Positions 1 to 9,758 of a DNA stretch of 64,000 bases are shown here, piece by piece; the stretch's first letter is position 1, and each line of letters starts with the position of its first letter. The stretch is from a candidate division WOR-3 bacterium. Lineage in GTDB: Bacteria; Hydrothermota; Tepidihabitantia; Tepidihabitantales; Tepidihabitantaceae. The position numbers and the translations under genes are program-made. Under the pieces are notes generated by a model. The model ran no database searches and was not told where the DNA came from. It worked only from the letters and a program-made list of their open reading frames with translations. The DNA lies in assembly GCA_037441285.1 (NCBI GenBank), contig JBBISL010000002.1:32001-96000 (forward strand). Direction: 5' to 3'.

Positions 1-1602
1 GCGCCGCACAACCCGGTCTTCTTTCAGAGAATAAATGCAGATGTTTTGGGATGAAGAGTCTGCGGCAACCCAGAACAGATACTCGCCCGAATTGGCAAAC
101 ACCGGATAACCGTAAAAACCACTCTGGGTTGTGATTCGCACCATCTCCCCTTTTGGGGTCCTTAACCACACCGCATACCTTCCCGGAACCCAATCAACAC
201 CCGGCTCCGGACGGTCCGAAACAAACACAATCGTATCTCCAGAAGGAGAAAATGCCGGGTCTTTATCTTCAAACATATCGTAAGTAAGCCTTTGCGGGGT
301 TCCTCCTTTAATCTCAACCACATAGATATCACTGAAACCATTTTTCACACCAACAAAAACCAGCCGTTTACCATCAGGCGAGAATTTCGGGGTGTAAATG
401 GCATCAAGATTACCCGAAATGCGCCGCACCACTCTGCCATTATCGACATCAATTAAAGTAATGTTGTCCTTCCCTTTTGCCGTCGCGACAACCGCCAGAA
501 CCTTCTCATCGGGCGACCAGGCAACACCCGGACGTATTAGATGCAGCCCTTCAAAACCGCCCGAACGCCCGCCCCGCACCAGACGTTTTATTATTTGGCC
601 ATTAAGCGCCGAGAGCAAGTACAGGTCAACATACTCTGCCCGGTCCGAAACCATCGCTATTTTTGCGCCACTGGGTGAAATTGCCGGTGCGGTATTGTAC
701 ACCGAGCCGTCCTGCTTATGGTCGGTCAAATGTTCCGCAATTCGGTCAAAATTCGCCACCTTCACTATTTCAGGCCAGTAGCGTATCTTGAGCCACTTCT
801 CCCACTCCTCCCCGATTTTTTTCTGACTCAAACCAAAAACCGCCTGAAAAGTCGCTTCAAGGCTCTTTTTACTGCGCAGTGTATTCATAAACTCGTAAAC
901 CTTCTCGCGACCGTAGCGCTCGGCAACATAATGAAAAAACGACTCGCCCTCCCGATAGGCAAGATACCCATAATTGTCGTTCAACTCCACAAGGGAAATT
1001 AGGCGACCATTAATCACCAGGTCCCGCATAAAAATCTCCGAGTTTACCGTTACCCAGCCGGACTGGAACTCGGCAAAGCCTTCCATAATCCAGAGCGGCA
1101 CCTGAAACTCATTTATTGCACCCAGGAGTACCGCTAATTTTGAACGATAAAACATCTGAAATTCAAAAATATGGGTAAGTTCGTGTCCAATCACATGATA
1201 AAAGTCGCTGTAAGAGCCGTTAAAAGGAACAACTATCCGATTCCGGATCAACTCCGAAAAACCGCCCACCCCTTCATCAAGCAAATCGGTGATAACATTG
1301 GTCTCGCTAAACTGCCCGGGTGAAAGGTAAATGATAATCGGAACCCTGGACTCCAGCTCCGTCTTGAGGTCTTGGCTTAACTTTGCGTAAAAATCCTCTG
1401 CCGCCCGGGCGGCAAACTCAGCAACACCTTCACCCCCCGGGTAAAAAAGAATCTTAAAATGTTCTGTTTCAAAACTTTGAAACTGGTAATCCCGGGTTTG
1501 AACCTTGTTCTTCCCGAAATAAGAAAATTGGGCAAAACCGACGCCCCAAAAACAAAACACCCACACAAGCACAACTTTTTGCGCAAAATGGAGTTTCGGC
1601 AT
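1..1602 (-). CDS. Secreted gluzincin (peptidase MA-like) + PD40/TolB-like beta-propeller protein, probably with a C-terminal Omp85 barrel beyond the window; 3' end truncated
   Basis: Not in the ORF track because there is no stop in the window. Read manually from ATG 1602: MPKLHFAQKVVLVWVFCFWGVGFAQFSYFGKNKVQTRDY...; IGHELTH (HExxH), PLWIMEGFAE, then PD40 repeats (PAISPSG, VAWSPDE, PKFSPDG, PAFSPSG). Confidence 0.8.
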   Translation of the reverse strand, partial: MPKLHFAQKVVLVWVFCFWGVGFAQFSYFGKNKVQTRDYQFQSFETEHFKILFYPGGEGVAEFAARAAEDFYAKLSQDLKTELESRVPIIIYLSPGQFSETNVITDLLDEGVGGFSELIRNRIVVPFNGSYSDFYHVIGHELTHIFEFQMFYRSKLAVLLGAINEFQVPLWIMEGFAEFQSGWVTVNSEIFMRDLVINGRLISLVELNDNYGYLAYREGESFFHYVAERYGREKVYEFMNTLRSKKSLEATFQAVFGLSQKKIGEEWEKWLKIRYWPEIVKVANFDRIAEHLTDHKQDGSVYNTAPAISPSGAKIAMVSDRAEYVDLYLLSALNGQIIKRLVRGGRSGGFEGLHLIRPGVAWSPDEKVLAVVATAKGKDNITLIDVDNGRVVRRISGNLDAIYTPKFSPDGKRLVFVGVKNGFSDIYVVEIKGGTPQRLTYDMFEDKDPAFSPSGDTIVFVSDRPEPGVDWVPGRYAVWLRTPKGEMVRITTQSGFYGYPVFANSGEYLFWVAADSSSQNICIYSLKEDRVVRR

Positions 1603-1644
1603 TTACTTAATTAGACCCATCAAACCTCAAAAAATCCACTAATT

Positions 1645-2553
1645 TCACTTGCCATCATTAAACATAAAAAGCCGGTCTGCCACTTTGTAACCGTAAGCCA
1701 TATCGTGTGCGGTGTGACCATAACATATCCCGCCCCGCGCATCAAACCCAATCGCGCCGCAAACGATTTTCTTCCGTTTTGCCTCTGCCAACGCCAGAAT
1801 AATTGCGGTTGAAGCGGGCATCGTCTTCATCCGGTCCACAATATCCTTTGCCAGCAGAATTCGCAATATCGCTTCGCCGTGTCCGGTACAGGACACCGCA
1901 CCATTAGGCGAGGCATAGGTGCCGGCACCCAGTATCGCCGAATCACCAACCCTTCCTTTCAGCCTGCCAGCGATTCCTCCACTTGATGTCGCTGCTGCCA
2001 GATGGCCGTTGCGGTCAATCGCCACCGCTCCCACCGTCCCCATTTTCTGCTCCTCACTTAGTTTCAATCGCTGGTTCAACTTTACGAAATAAGGTGACCC
2101 CTCCTTTTTGATTTTCTCCAGACGGGCACGCGCCCGTTCGGTAATCGCCTGATACTCTTCAAAACCCATCTGCCGGGCAAACTCCACCGCTCCCTGTCCC
2201 GCAAGTATCAAATGGTCTGTGTAAACCATCACCTTCTCCGCTACCAGAATCGGATTCTTCACACCGCTAATACAGCAAACCCCGCCAAATCGACCATCCT
2301 GCGTCATCACCGCCGCATCCATTTCCACTTCACCATTGAGCGTCAAACTGGAACCGGTACCGGCATTAAATATCGGATTGTCTTCCATAATCACCACCGC
2401 CTTAATGACCGCTTCCAGGGCACTGGCACCCTGGCGCAGCAACCGATAACCCTCTTCAATTGCCACTTTCAAACCCGCAGCATACTCTTCCTTTTCCTCA
2501 ATCTTACCAACACCACCGTGGCAAATTATCCCAACCGGTCTATTCTCCATCAA
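1645..2553 (-). CDS. iaaA: Isoaspartyl peptidase/L-asparaginase (Ntn hydrolase)
   Basis: HGGVG, FNAGTGS, EMDAAVM, GTVGAVA nucleophile Thr, GRVGDS, TGHGE. Confidence 0.92.
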   Translation of the reverse strand: MMENRPVGIICHGGVGKIEEKEEYAAGLKVAIEEGYRLLRQGASALEAVIKAVVIMEDNPIFNAGTGSSLTLNGEVEMDAAVMTQDGRFGGVCCISGVKNPILVAEKVMVYTDHLILAGQGAVEFARQMGFEEYQAITERARARLEKIKKEGSPYFVKLNQRLKLSEEQKMGTVGAVAIDRNGHLAAATSSGGIAGRLKGRVGDSAILGAGTYASPNGAVSCTGHGEAILRILLAKDIVDRMKTMPASTAIILALAEAKRKKIVCGAIGFDARGGICYGHTAHDMAYGYKVADRLFMFNDGK

Positions 2554-2562
2554 TCCTCCTTA

Positions 2563-3393
2563 CTAACTCTGACACCGGGGACAGAAGTAACTACTGCGAT
2601 TACCAAATCTTACTCTTTTAACCAAACTGCCGCACCGGCGACAGGCTGAACCTTTTCTACCAAAAACCATAAGTTGATTTTGGAATTCGCCCCGCGCGCC
2701 ATCCGGCTTAAGATAGCGTCCATCCATCATTGTCGTGCCCATCCACCTGATTCCAGCTTTTAGTACCGCTCTTAACGCCCTTGCCAGTTGATAAACCTCG
2801 CCCGGTTTTAATGTGTACGCCCGCCGCATCGGTTTAATCTTCGCTCGAAACAACGCCTCATCCGAATAGATATTACCGACACCGGCACATATCGTCTGGT
2901 CCATTAACAGACTCTTTATCTTCGCCTGCCGCCCTTGCAACTTCGCCATCAGATATCTACCGTTAAATCTCCGGTCAATCGGTTCTAACCCTAAACGCTC
3001 CAGGCCCTTCAAAACCGGCGGCAACTCTGAACCCGCAACAAAATACACCTTGCCCAGAACCCGGGGCTCAATAAAAGAAAGGGCTGTGCCATTGGTAAAC
3101 ACAAACCGCACCCTTTCATAATCGGGAACCTCATCACCCTTAACCACGCGAAGATGACCACTCAACCGTAAATGAACAATCAACCGACCATAAGGATAGA
3201 GATAGATTATCAGGTATTTACCCCGACGCGCCAGTTGTTTTATTTTTGCCCCTTTCAACTCCTGACAGAACTTCTCTGGTTCCGGAAAACCAACCGCATC
3301 TTGACGCCGAACGAACACATTACCGATCTGAAGATTTTTCAAAATTGGCGTTAAAGACCTTCGAATTGTTTCGACCTCAGGAAGTTCGGGCAT
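2563..3393 (-). CDS. mutM: Formamidopyrimidine-DNA glycosylase
   Basis: MPELPEVE, RRGKY, GVGNIYSDE, C-terminal CRRC...CPRCQ zinc finger. Confidence 0.97.
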   Translation of the reverse strand: MPELPEVETIRRSLTPILKNLQIGNVFVRRQDAVGFPEPEKFCQELKGAKIKQLARRGKYLIIYLYPYGRLIVHLRLSGHLRVVKGDEVPDYERVRFVFTNGTALSFIEPRVLGKVYFVAGSELPPVLKGLERLGLEPIDRRFNGRYLMAKLQGRQAKIKSLLMDQTICAGVGNIYSDEALFRAKIKPMRRAYTLKPGEVYQLARALRAVLKAGIRWMGTTMMDGRYLKPDGARGEFQNQLMVFGRKGSACRRCGSLVKRVRFGNRSSYFCPRCQS

Positions 3394-3430
3394 TAAAATC
3401 CTTTTCTGCTCTTGAGCCTTCAGGACACCG

Positions 3431-4987
3431 TTATTTCAGCCGCTTCAGAATTTCCGCGACCGAATGAGCCGGTTCCAGTATCTCCACCGCCTTTTTCACA
3501 TACGAGTCGCGGCGCAGGCGCATCTGATACTCACCGTGCAAGCCGTCTATTTTCCCACCGATTTCAATTTCAATCATCTCCGCTATCGCATCCCGCGTTG
3601 AATCAAACTCCGCATCGGTAAATTCCAGCTTTTTCTTCCCCTTGAGAAATTCCTTAAACTGCGCAAGAACCTTATCATCGGCTCGGAAATCCATAGTTAA
3701 ATCCGGATGGCTGTTCGCATACTCAGTAGCAAAATCAAAGAATGCGGCGCGGGGAATCCGGGCTGCCAAACCAATGAGTTTATCCGGCGGCAGATAGATA
3801 TCTGGTGCAATTCCACCTCCACCGTACAAAGTACGGCGCAGCGGTCCTAAAGTGCGAAAAGTCTGCTTGGTGGCTTTTGTTGTATCTTTCAGCACCACCG
3901 GGCTTTTTTCCTGCGCTTTGTTGATACAACGACCACTCGGGGTGTACCAGTAAGCGGTTGTAATTTTCATCCCGATATCACTTCCCAGTGGGTGTATCGT
4001 CTGTACCGAACCTTTACCAAATGTTGTATCTCCAACAACAACCGCTCGCTCCCAATCCTGCAACGCACCGGCAACAATCTCTGCGGCTGAAGCGCTACCT
4101 CGGTCCACCAATACCACCATTGGATAATCGCCGTATTTATCCTCGGCTTCGGCAACAAAATCCTGATTGGTTTCTCTTAGCCGCCCTTTTGTTCGGACAA
4201 TAAGTTTCCCCGGTCCCAAAAACAAATCCGACACCTCTTTGCCTTCCTGCAATAGACCGCCACCGTTTGAGCGTAAATCAAATATCAGTTTTTTTGCCCC
4301 GCTTTTGAAGAGGGAATCCATCGCCTGCAGCATATCTTTGGAAGCAACCCGTGACATATCCGCCAGTCGGATATAACCGATATCCCTGGTCACCATTCCA
4401 AAATAGGGAACCGATTTGATATTGATAATCGCGCGGGTCAACTCAAAGGGAATCAGGTCCTGAACACCGGGCCGGGCAATCTTAATTCTCACCTTGGTTC
4501 CGGGTTCGCCCCGTAGCAGTTTTACCGCATCCTCGGTCGTAAAACCCTGCGTTGACTTTCCTTCGATTTCCGCGATGCGGTCGCCGGCACGAATCCCGGC
4601 TCGTGCCGCTGGTGTTCCTTCAATCGGCGAGATAACCGTCAACTGCTCGTCGACCATTCCGATGTGGATGCCGATTCCCCCAAACTGCGCCTCAGTTTTT
4701 ATCCGCAACTCCTTGAAATCGGTCTCATCTAAAAACTCCGAATAGGGGTCGAGCGACTGCAACATCCCCTTTACCCCTTCACGAATCAGTTTGTCACTGT
4801 CCACCGGCTCCACATAACTGTTAAGCACAATTCCCACCACCCGGGAAAACATCTGCAGACTCTCGGTCAGATTGGCACCGCGTTGCGCCCACAGTTTGCC
4901 TAACAAACCACCCACGAACGCCGCTACTAAAAAAATTCCGATAAATACCGATGCCGGTGCAAAATACCTCTTCATCCGGGACCTCAT
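3431..4987 (-). CDS. ctpA: S41 family carboxy-terminal processing protease with PDZ domain
   Basis: SLDPYS, GGIGI PDZ, DLRSNGGG, SASAAE, TFGKGSVQ. Confidence 0.93.
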   Translation of the reverse strand: MRSRMKRYFAPASVFIGIFLVAAFVGGLLGKLWAQRGANLTESLQMFSRVVGIVLNSYVEPVDSDKLIREGVKGMLQSLDPYSEFLDETDFKELRIKTEAQFGGIGIHIGMVDEQLTVISPIEGTPAARAGIRAGDRIAEIEGKSTQGFTTEDAVKLLRGEPGTKVRIKIARPGVQDLIPFELTRAIINIKSVPYFGMVTRDIGYIRLADMSRVASKDMLQAMDSLFKSGAKKLIFDLRSNGGGLLQEGKEVSDLFLGPGKLIVRTKGRLRETNQDFVAEAEDKYGDYPMVVLVDRGSASAAEIVAGALQDWERAVVVGDTTFGKGSVQTIHPLGSDIGMKITTAYWYTPSGRCINKAQEKSPVVLKDTTKATKQTFRTLGPLRRTLYGGGGIAPDIYLPPDKLIGLAARIPRAAFFDFATEYANSHPDLTMDFRADDKVLAQFKEFLKGKKKLEFTDAEFDSTRDAIAEMIEIEIGGKIDGLHGEYQMRLRRDSYVKKAVEILEPAHSVAEILKRLK

Positions 4988-5631
4988 ACCTTCTTTTTCC
5001 CCTTTCTTTCTAACATACGGTCAACCAGCAACCTGATTTCCTTCTGAATCTCCATTGGTTCTCTTTCGCCCGCAACCACTTTTATTCTACCTGGGGCCCG
5101 ACGGGCTAACCGCAGATAACCGTCACGGACGCGCTCATGAAATTTTACCTCCTCCTGCTCCATTCTGTCAAGTTTGCCCTTTTCCTTTCTTTGGTAGCCG
5201 ACCTTGACCGGTACATCAACCAGAAATGTAATGTCCGGTTTTAACCCTCTTGTTGCCAGTTTATTCAAACGGCTAACAACCTTTTCCCCTAACTCTCGGC
5301 CAAAGCCCTGGTAGGCAACCGAAGAATCGGCAAACCGGTCAAGAACCACCACCTTTCCCGCTCTTAATGCCGGCAAAATCTTTTCCCGCACATGCTGATT
5401 CCGGCTCGCCAGGTAAAGAAAAAGTTCGGTACGGGCATCCATCTGGCGGCAATCCGGGTCCAGCAGGATATTGCGAATACGCTCGCCGATTTCCGTGCCA
5501 CCCGGTTCACGGGAAAAAACAACCTCCCGCCCTCTTTCTTTAAGATATTCGGCTAAAAGTTGTGCCTGGGTTGACTTCCCCGAACCTTCAACCCCCTCAA
5601 ATGTAATCAATACGCCCCGCACTGCGCCCAT
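4984..5631 (-). CDS. tmk: Thymidylate kinase
   Basis: FEGVEGSGKST P-loop, REPGGT, DRFADSSVAYQG. Confidence 0.96.
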   Translation of the reverse strand: MGAVRGVLITFEGVEGSGKSTQAQLLAEYLKERGREVVFSREPGGTEIGERIRNILLDPDCRQMDARTELFLYLASRNQHVREKILPALRAGKVVVLDRFADSSVAYQGFGRELGEKVVSRLNKLATRGLKPDITFLVDVPVKVGYQRKEKGKLDRMEQEEVKFHERVRDGYLRLARRAPGRIKVVAGEREPMEIQKEIRLLVDRMLERKGKKKV

Positions 5632-5644
5632 TCCGGGCGACTAC

Positions 5645-6742
5645 TTAAAGTCGCGCCTTTCGCTTCTTCAATCCATAGCGGGCGATAAACGCCTCGGTCT
5701 TTTCGCGGCAGACATCATCCGGAAACTGAACCGGTGGCGTCTTCATAAAATAACTGGAGGGACCGATAATCGGACCGGAAAGCCCGTTATCAAGCGCCAG
5801 TTTGGCGCAACGGATGGCGTCAATCACCACCCCAGCCGAATTAGGTGAATCCCAGACCTCCAGTTTCAACTCAATATTAAGTGGCACATCGCCAAATGTC
5901 TGGCCCTCCATCCGCAGATAACACCATTTGCGGTCTTTGAGCCAGGGCACATAATCACTCGGTCCAACATGGATATTTTCGGCGCCAATGTCGTATTTAA
6001 GAAGTGAAGTAACCGCACCGGTCTTGGATATCTTCTTAGAATGCAGCCTTTGCCGTTCCAGCATATTAAGGAAATCGGTATTGCCGCCAACATTGAGCTG
6101 CATCGTCTTCAACAACTTCACCCCCCGGTCATTGAACAACGATACCAGAGTCCGGTGCAAAATTGTTGCTCCGACCTGGGATTTGATATCATCGCCAATT
6201 ACCGGTAAACCCGCCGCTTTAAATCGGCGCTGCCAGTACTTCTGCGAAGCAATAAAAACCGGGATGCAGTTAATAAATGCGCACCCGGCTTTCAAAATCT
6301 GCTCCACATACCACTTGGTTGCCTCTTCACTGCCCACCGGCAAATAGTTAATGACCACATCGGTCTTAGTTTCCTTAATTTCCTTCACAATATCAGCGGT
6401 GGGACCGGGTGCCTTTTCGATAATCTGGGAAAGGTAGTAACCCAGTCCGTCGTGCGTCATCCCCCTAATCACCTTCACGCCCAGTTTGGGCACATCGGTA
6501 AACTTGTAGGTGTTGTTGGGGTAGGTGAAAATCGCCTGGGCGAGGTCTTTGCCCACCTTGCGTTTATCAATATCCACCGCCATACTGAACTCAATATCGC
6601 TGATGTGGTACCCACCCAGATTCACATGCATTATTCCGGGCAAAGACTCGTCCTCTCTGGCATTGCGGTAATAGTGGACCCCCTGCACCAGACTGCTGGC
6701 ACAGTTTCCAACGCCGATGATACCGACTCTGATCTTAGCCAT
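5645..6742 (-). CDS. ino1: Inositol-3-phosphate synthase
   Basis: [51 protein letters not shown]-like ggagg upstream. Confidence 0.95.
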   Translation of the reverse strand: MAKIRVGIIGVGNCASSLVQGVHYYRNAREDESLPGIMHVNLGGYHISDIEFSMAVDIDKRKVGKDLAQAIFTYPNNTYKFTDVPKLGVKVIRGMTHDGLGYYLSQIIEKAPGPTADIVKEIKETKTDVVINYLPVGSEEATKWYVEQILKAGCAFINCIPVFIASQKYWQRRFKAAGLPVIGDDIKSQVGATILHRTLVSLFNDRGVKLLKTMQLNVGGNTDFLNMLERQRLHSKKISKTGAVTSLLKYDIGAENIHVGPSDYVPWLKDRKWCYLRMEGQTFGDVPLNIELKLEVWDSPNSAGVVIDAIRCAKLALDNGLSGPIIGPSSYFMKTPPVQFPDDVCREKTEAFIARYGLKKRKARL

Positions 6743-6793
6743 TGTTCCTCCTGTTTCTACTCACACTTAAAAATAGACATTTTTCTTTTACTG

Positions 6794-7447
6794 TCAAGCA
6801 GGCCAGACACTTCCGAGAAATGGGTTAACCAGTAGTGCCCGGCCAAAACTTCCAGTCGGACCATGCCCGGGATAAAGCATCGTCTCCCGCTTAAGCAAAC
6901 CTTGCAATCGGGATAAAGACCGCTGCATCTGTCGCTCCGAGCCGCCGGGTAAATCACACCGGCCAATTGAATCAACAAACAGTGTATCACCGGTAAACGC
7001 AAAATCCTTCCCTAACAAACAGATGCTTCCCGGTGTATGGCCCGGTGTGTGCACCACCTGCAACCGTTCGCTACCAACGACTATTTCATCGCCATCATTT
7101 AGAAGCTGGTCCGGCTGGGGCGACTTCGTAATCATTCCCATTAGAACCGATAGATTTCCATTCGGTTCGGTCAGCATCGCCTCATCCAGTTGATGGATTA
7201 ACAGTTGGGCACCGGTCGCCTCCTGCACCTCTTTATTCGCCGCGATGTGGTCAATGTGGCCATGGGTGTTGACGATAAGTTTAACTTGTCCCCCTAACTC
7301 AGCGACTTTGTTAAGAATCACCTTGCCATCGCCTCCGGGGTCAATAATCAACATCTCCTCGCCCGACTTCAAAATGTAACAGTTAGTCTCCAGCGGTCCT
7401 ACCACCAGCTGCTCAATAATTGGCGTGGCTTCTTCTTTTTTATCCAT
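6794..7447 (-). CDS. MBL-fold hydrolase (glyoxalase II/YcbL-like)
   Basis: THGHIDH, HTPGHTPG, FTGD, PGHG; start moved to ATG 7447 (TAATG overlap with ogt stop). Confidence 0.88.
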   Translation of the reverse strand: MDKKEEATPIIEQLVVGPLETNCYILKSGEEMLIIDPGGDGKVILNKVAELGGQVKLIVNTHGHIDHIAANKEVQEATGAQLLIHQLDEAMLTEPNGNLSVLMGMITKSPQPDQLLNDGDEIVVGSERLQVVHTPGHTPGSICLLGKDFAFTGDTLFVDSIGRCDLPGGSERQMQRSLSRLQGLLKRETMLYPGHGPTGSFGRALLVNPFLGSVWPA

Positions 7448-7944
7448 TAACGCGCAACCCTGGCATCCCACCCCTTACCGACAACGCGCCACCCTTCAAA
7501 TTCCAGCAACCGACGCTTTATTTCCAGACCACCGTTAAACCCACCCAGCCTGCCATCAGCCGCCACAACCCGATGACAGGGAAAGAAAAGGGGTAATTGA
7601 TTGTTTGCCATTATCTGACCAACCGCCCGTGCTGCACCGGGCTTTCCTACGGCACGGGCTAATTCACCATAACTCATTATTTCGCCAAAACCGATGCGGG
7701 CGCACCGATTCAACACCCGCCGGGAAAATTCACCCCGGTCCGGGATTGCAACCTCAAACTCTGAAATCGGCCGTCCACACCGCAGTAACCGTTCAATCTG
7801 CTGCACCAGATTTCTGTCCGATGGTCCTGATTCATGTTCGCTCAACTCCACCTTTATCACTTTTCCCCGGTGCCAGTAAATCCGGACCCAGCCGAACGGC
7901 AACTTCGCCACCCGGCTGGTTACACATTTCTGGGCGTCGTCCAT
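7447..7944 (-). CDS. ogt: Methylated-DNA--protein-cysteine methyltransferase
   Basis: SYGELA, ARAVG, PCHRV active site; start set at ATG 7944 because a promoter overlaps the track start. Confidence 0.9.
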   Translation of the reverse strand: MDDAQKCVTSRVAKLPFGWVRIYWHRGKVIKVELSEHESGPSDRNLVQQIERLLRCGRPISEFEVAIPDRGEFSRRVLNRCARIGFGEIMSYGELARAVGKPGAARAVGQIMANNQLPLFFPCHRVVAADGRLGGFNGGLEIKRRLLEFEGWRVVGKGWDARVAR

Positions 7945-8096
7945 CTTAGTCAAAATCATAAACTATTGCCCATAAAAGTCAAGTAAACTTCAATAAAACC
8001 CTGATAAACTTAGTTCTCGGTTACGACCAGCCCGCGGTTAAATCGGCGCCGTTTTTCTTGCCTGCGGTGATGAGAAAAAGTAAAATTATCTTACTA

Positions 8097-8462
8097 ATGA
8101 TACTGCTCGATGAACTGCTCCAGAAAGACAAACGGTTTTCCCTTGAGGCTTACCTCTTAATCAACGACGGTTTGCAATACACCTATAAGATGACCGGCAG
8201 AAAAGAACACATCACCGCCCTTGAACTCCTTGAAGGCATCAGACGGTTGATGGCTGAGCGCTATGGACCCCTGGCAAAAATGGTTTTGAACTCCTGGGGT
8301 ATCTTTAGCACCGACGACATCGGTCAGGTTGTCTTTAATCTGATTGAAGCCGGCTTGATGGTCAAAAGTGAAACCAACCGCTTAGAAGATTTCCACGCTG
8401 TGTACGACTTTGACCACGCCTTTAGCAAAGATTTTGCCAATCCCGATGAAGTGCAACCTTGA
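8097..8462 (+). CDS. Minf_1886 family protein
   Basis: EAY...GLQYT...HITALELLEG...YGPLAKMVLNSWGI.STDDIG.VVFNLI...EDF..VYDF pattern; the track start overlaps the promoter. Confidence 0.75.
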   Translation: MILLDELLQKDKRFSLEAYLLINDGLQYTYKMTGRKEHITALELLEGIRRLMAERYGPLAKMVLNSWGIFSTDDIGQVVFNLIEAGLMVKSETNRLEDFHAVYDFDHAFSKDFANPDEVQP

Positions 8463-8472
8463 CCTCGTTTGC

Positions 8473-8500
8473 TTGACAAACGATTCCGCTCCAATAGAAT
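8473..8500 (+). promoter_or_regulatory. sigma70-type promoter for rpmF-plsX operon
   Basis: TTGACA-16-TAGAAT; ggagg SD before rpmF. Confidence 0.7.
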
Positions 8501-8546
8501 CAAGTCAGCATTATAAAGAAATAATTTTAAACTCTGGAGGACAATA

Positions 8547-8732
8547 ATGCCTTTACCTAAACGACGGCATTCAAGACAACGCGGTCGAAAGCGCCGCACC
8601 CATTGGAAACTGACACCACCAACGGTGGTGGACTGTCCGCACTGCCACGAGCCGAAAATCCCGCACCGGGTGTGTCCCCATTGTGGCTATTATGCGGGCA
8701 AGCCGGTGGTATCGATAAAGGAAAAAGAGTAA
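8547..8732 (+). CDS. rpmF: 50S ribosomal protein L32 (zinc-binding form)
   Basis: MPLPKRRHSRQR..KRRTHW, CPHC...HRVCPHCGYY. Confidence 0.97.
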   Translation: MPLPKRRHSRQRGRKRRTHWKLTPPTVVDCPHCHEPKIPHRVCPHCGYYAGKPVVSIKEKE

Positions 8733-8738
8733 CAAAAG

Positions 8739-9758
8739 GTGAAAGTCGCCCTTGATGCCATGGGGTCAGACAACGCCCCGCTTGTTGAAATTGAAGGGGC
8801 GGCACTGGCATTAAAGGAACTACCTGACCTCCATCTCCTCCTTGTCGGCAAACCGGAGATTGTGGAAGAAGCCTGGAGGTCTCAAACCGATTTATCTCTT
8901 ACGGACATTGGGGAACGAGTTGAACTCATCCCCGCCCCTGAAGTAATTGGCATGCACGAACTACCGGCTGAGGCGGTAAAGAAAAAACGCAACGCCTCAA
9001 TCGCCCTGTGTATGGCGCTGCACAAAGAGGGTAAGGCGCAGGCTGCGGTCAGTGCCGGTAATACCGGTGCCGTGATGGCATTTGCCCTTACCACCCTGGG
9101 CGCTATTCCTGGTGTCCATCGTCCGACCCTTGCGGTACTTTTTCCCCGAATCAAAGGGAGCACGCTGGTTCTCGATGTTGGTGCCAATGTCGATACGAAA
9201 CCTTCAAACCTGCTCCAATTTGCGATGATGGGCGCAACCGCTGCCAGTTTTCTGTTCCGTAAGGCAAATCCCACTGTGGGCTTGCTAAACATTGGCCAGG
9301 AAGACACCAAGGGTAACGAATTGACCTTAGCCGCTTACCGGCTCCTCAAAGAAAGCGGGCTCAATTTTATCGGCAACATTGAAGGCAACGACATCCTTAC
9401 CGGCAGGGTGGATGTGGTGGTCTGCGATGGCTTTGTCGGTAATGTCCTTTTAAAGTACGGCGAAGGTCTGGCAGAAATTCTCCGGGAACTCCTCGTCGAT
9501 TACCTTGAGTCTGAGTCCAAATACCGATTGCGCCGCTGGTTTTCCCGCCCGGTCTTAGAAGAGTTTATCAGCCGAATGGACTATCAGGAACACGGCGGCG
9601 CTTTGATGCTTGGAGTTCAGGGCAATGTTGTTGTTGCCCATGGCCGTTCAACACCGCAGGCGATAAAGAACGCCATCCGCACCGCCTACCAGGCAATCAA
9701 AGACAACATCTCCCAGCACATCACTCAGGCTTTTACCGTAAAAGAACCCAGCGAATGA
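8739..9758 (+). CDS. plsX: Phosphate acyltransferase
   Basis: ALDAMGSD, SAGNTGA, LDVGAN, CDGFVGNVLLK, AHGRS. Confidence 0.96.
   Translation: MKVALDAMGSDNAPLVEIEGAALALKELPDLHLLLVGKPEIVEEAWRSQTDLSLTDIGERVELIPAPEVIGMHELPAEAVKKKRNASIALCMALHKEGKAQAAVSAGNTGAVMAFALTTLGAIPGVHRPTLAVLFPRIKGSTLVLDVGANVDTKPSNLLQFAMMGATAASFLFRKANPTVGLLNIGQEDTKGNELTLAAYRLLKESGLNFIGNIEGNDILTGRVDVVVCDGFVGNVLLKYGEGLAEILRELLVDYLESESKYRLRRWFSRPVLEEFISRMDYQEHGGALMLGVQGNVVVAHGRSTPQAIKNAIRTAYQAIKDNISQHITQAFTVKEPSE

Noticed and set aside
1377..1586. 69-aa track ORF, or a possible frameshift at the start of the first gene
   Set aside because: It is an off-frame shadow; the frame from ATG 1602 reads through without a shift
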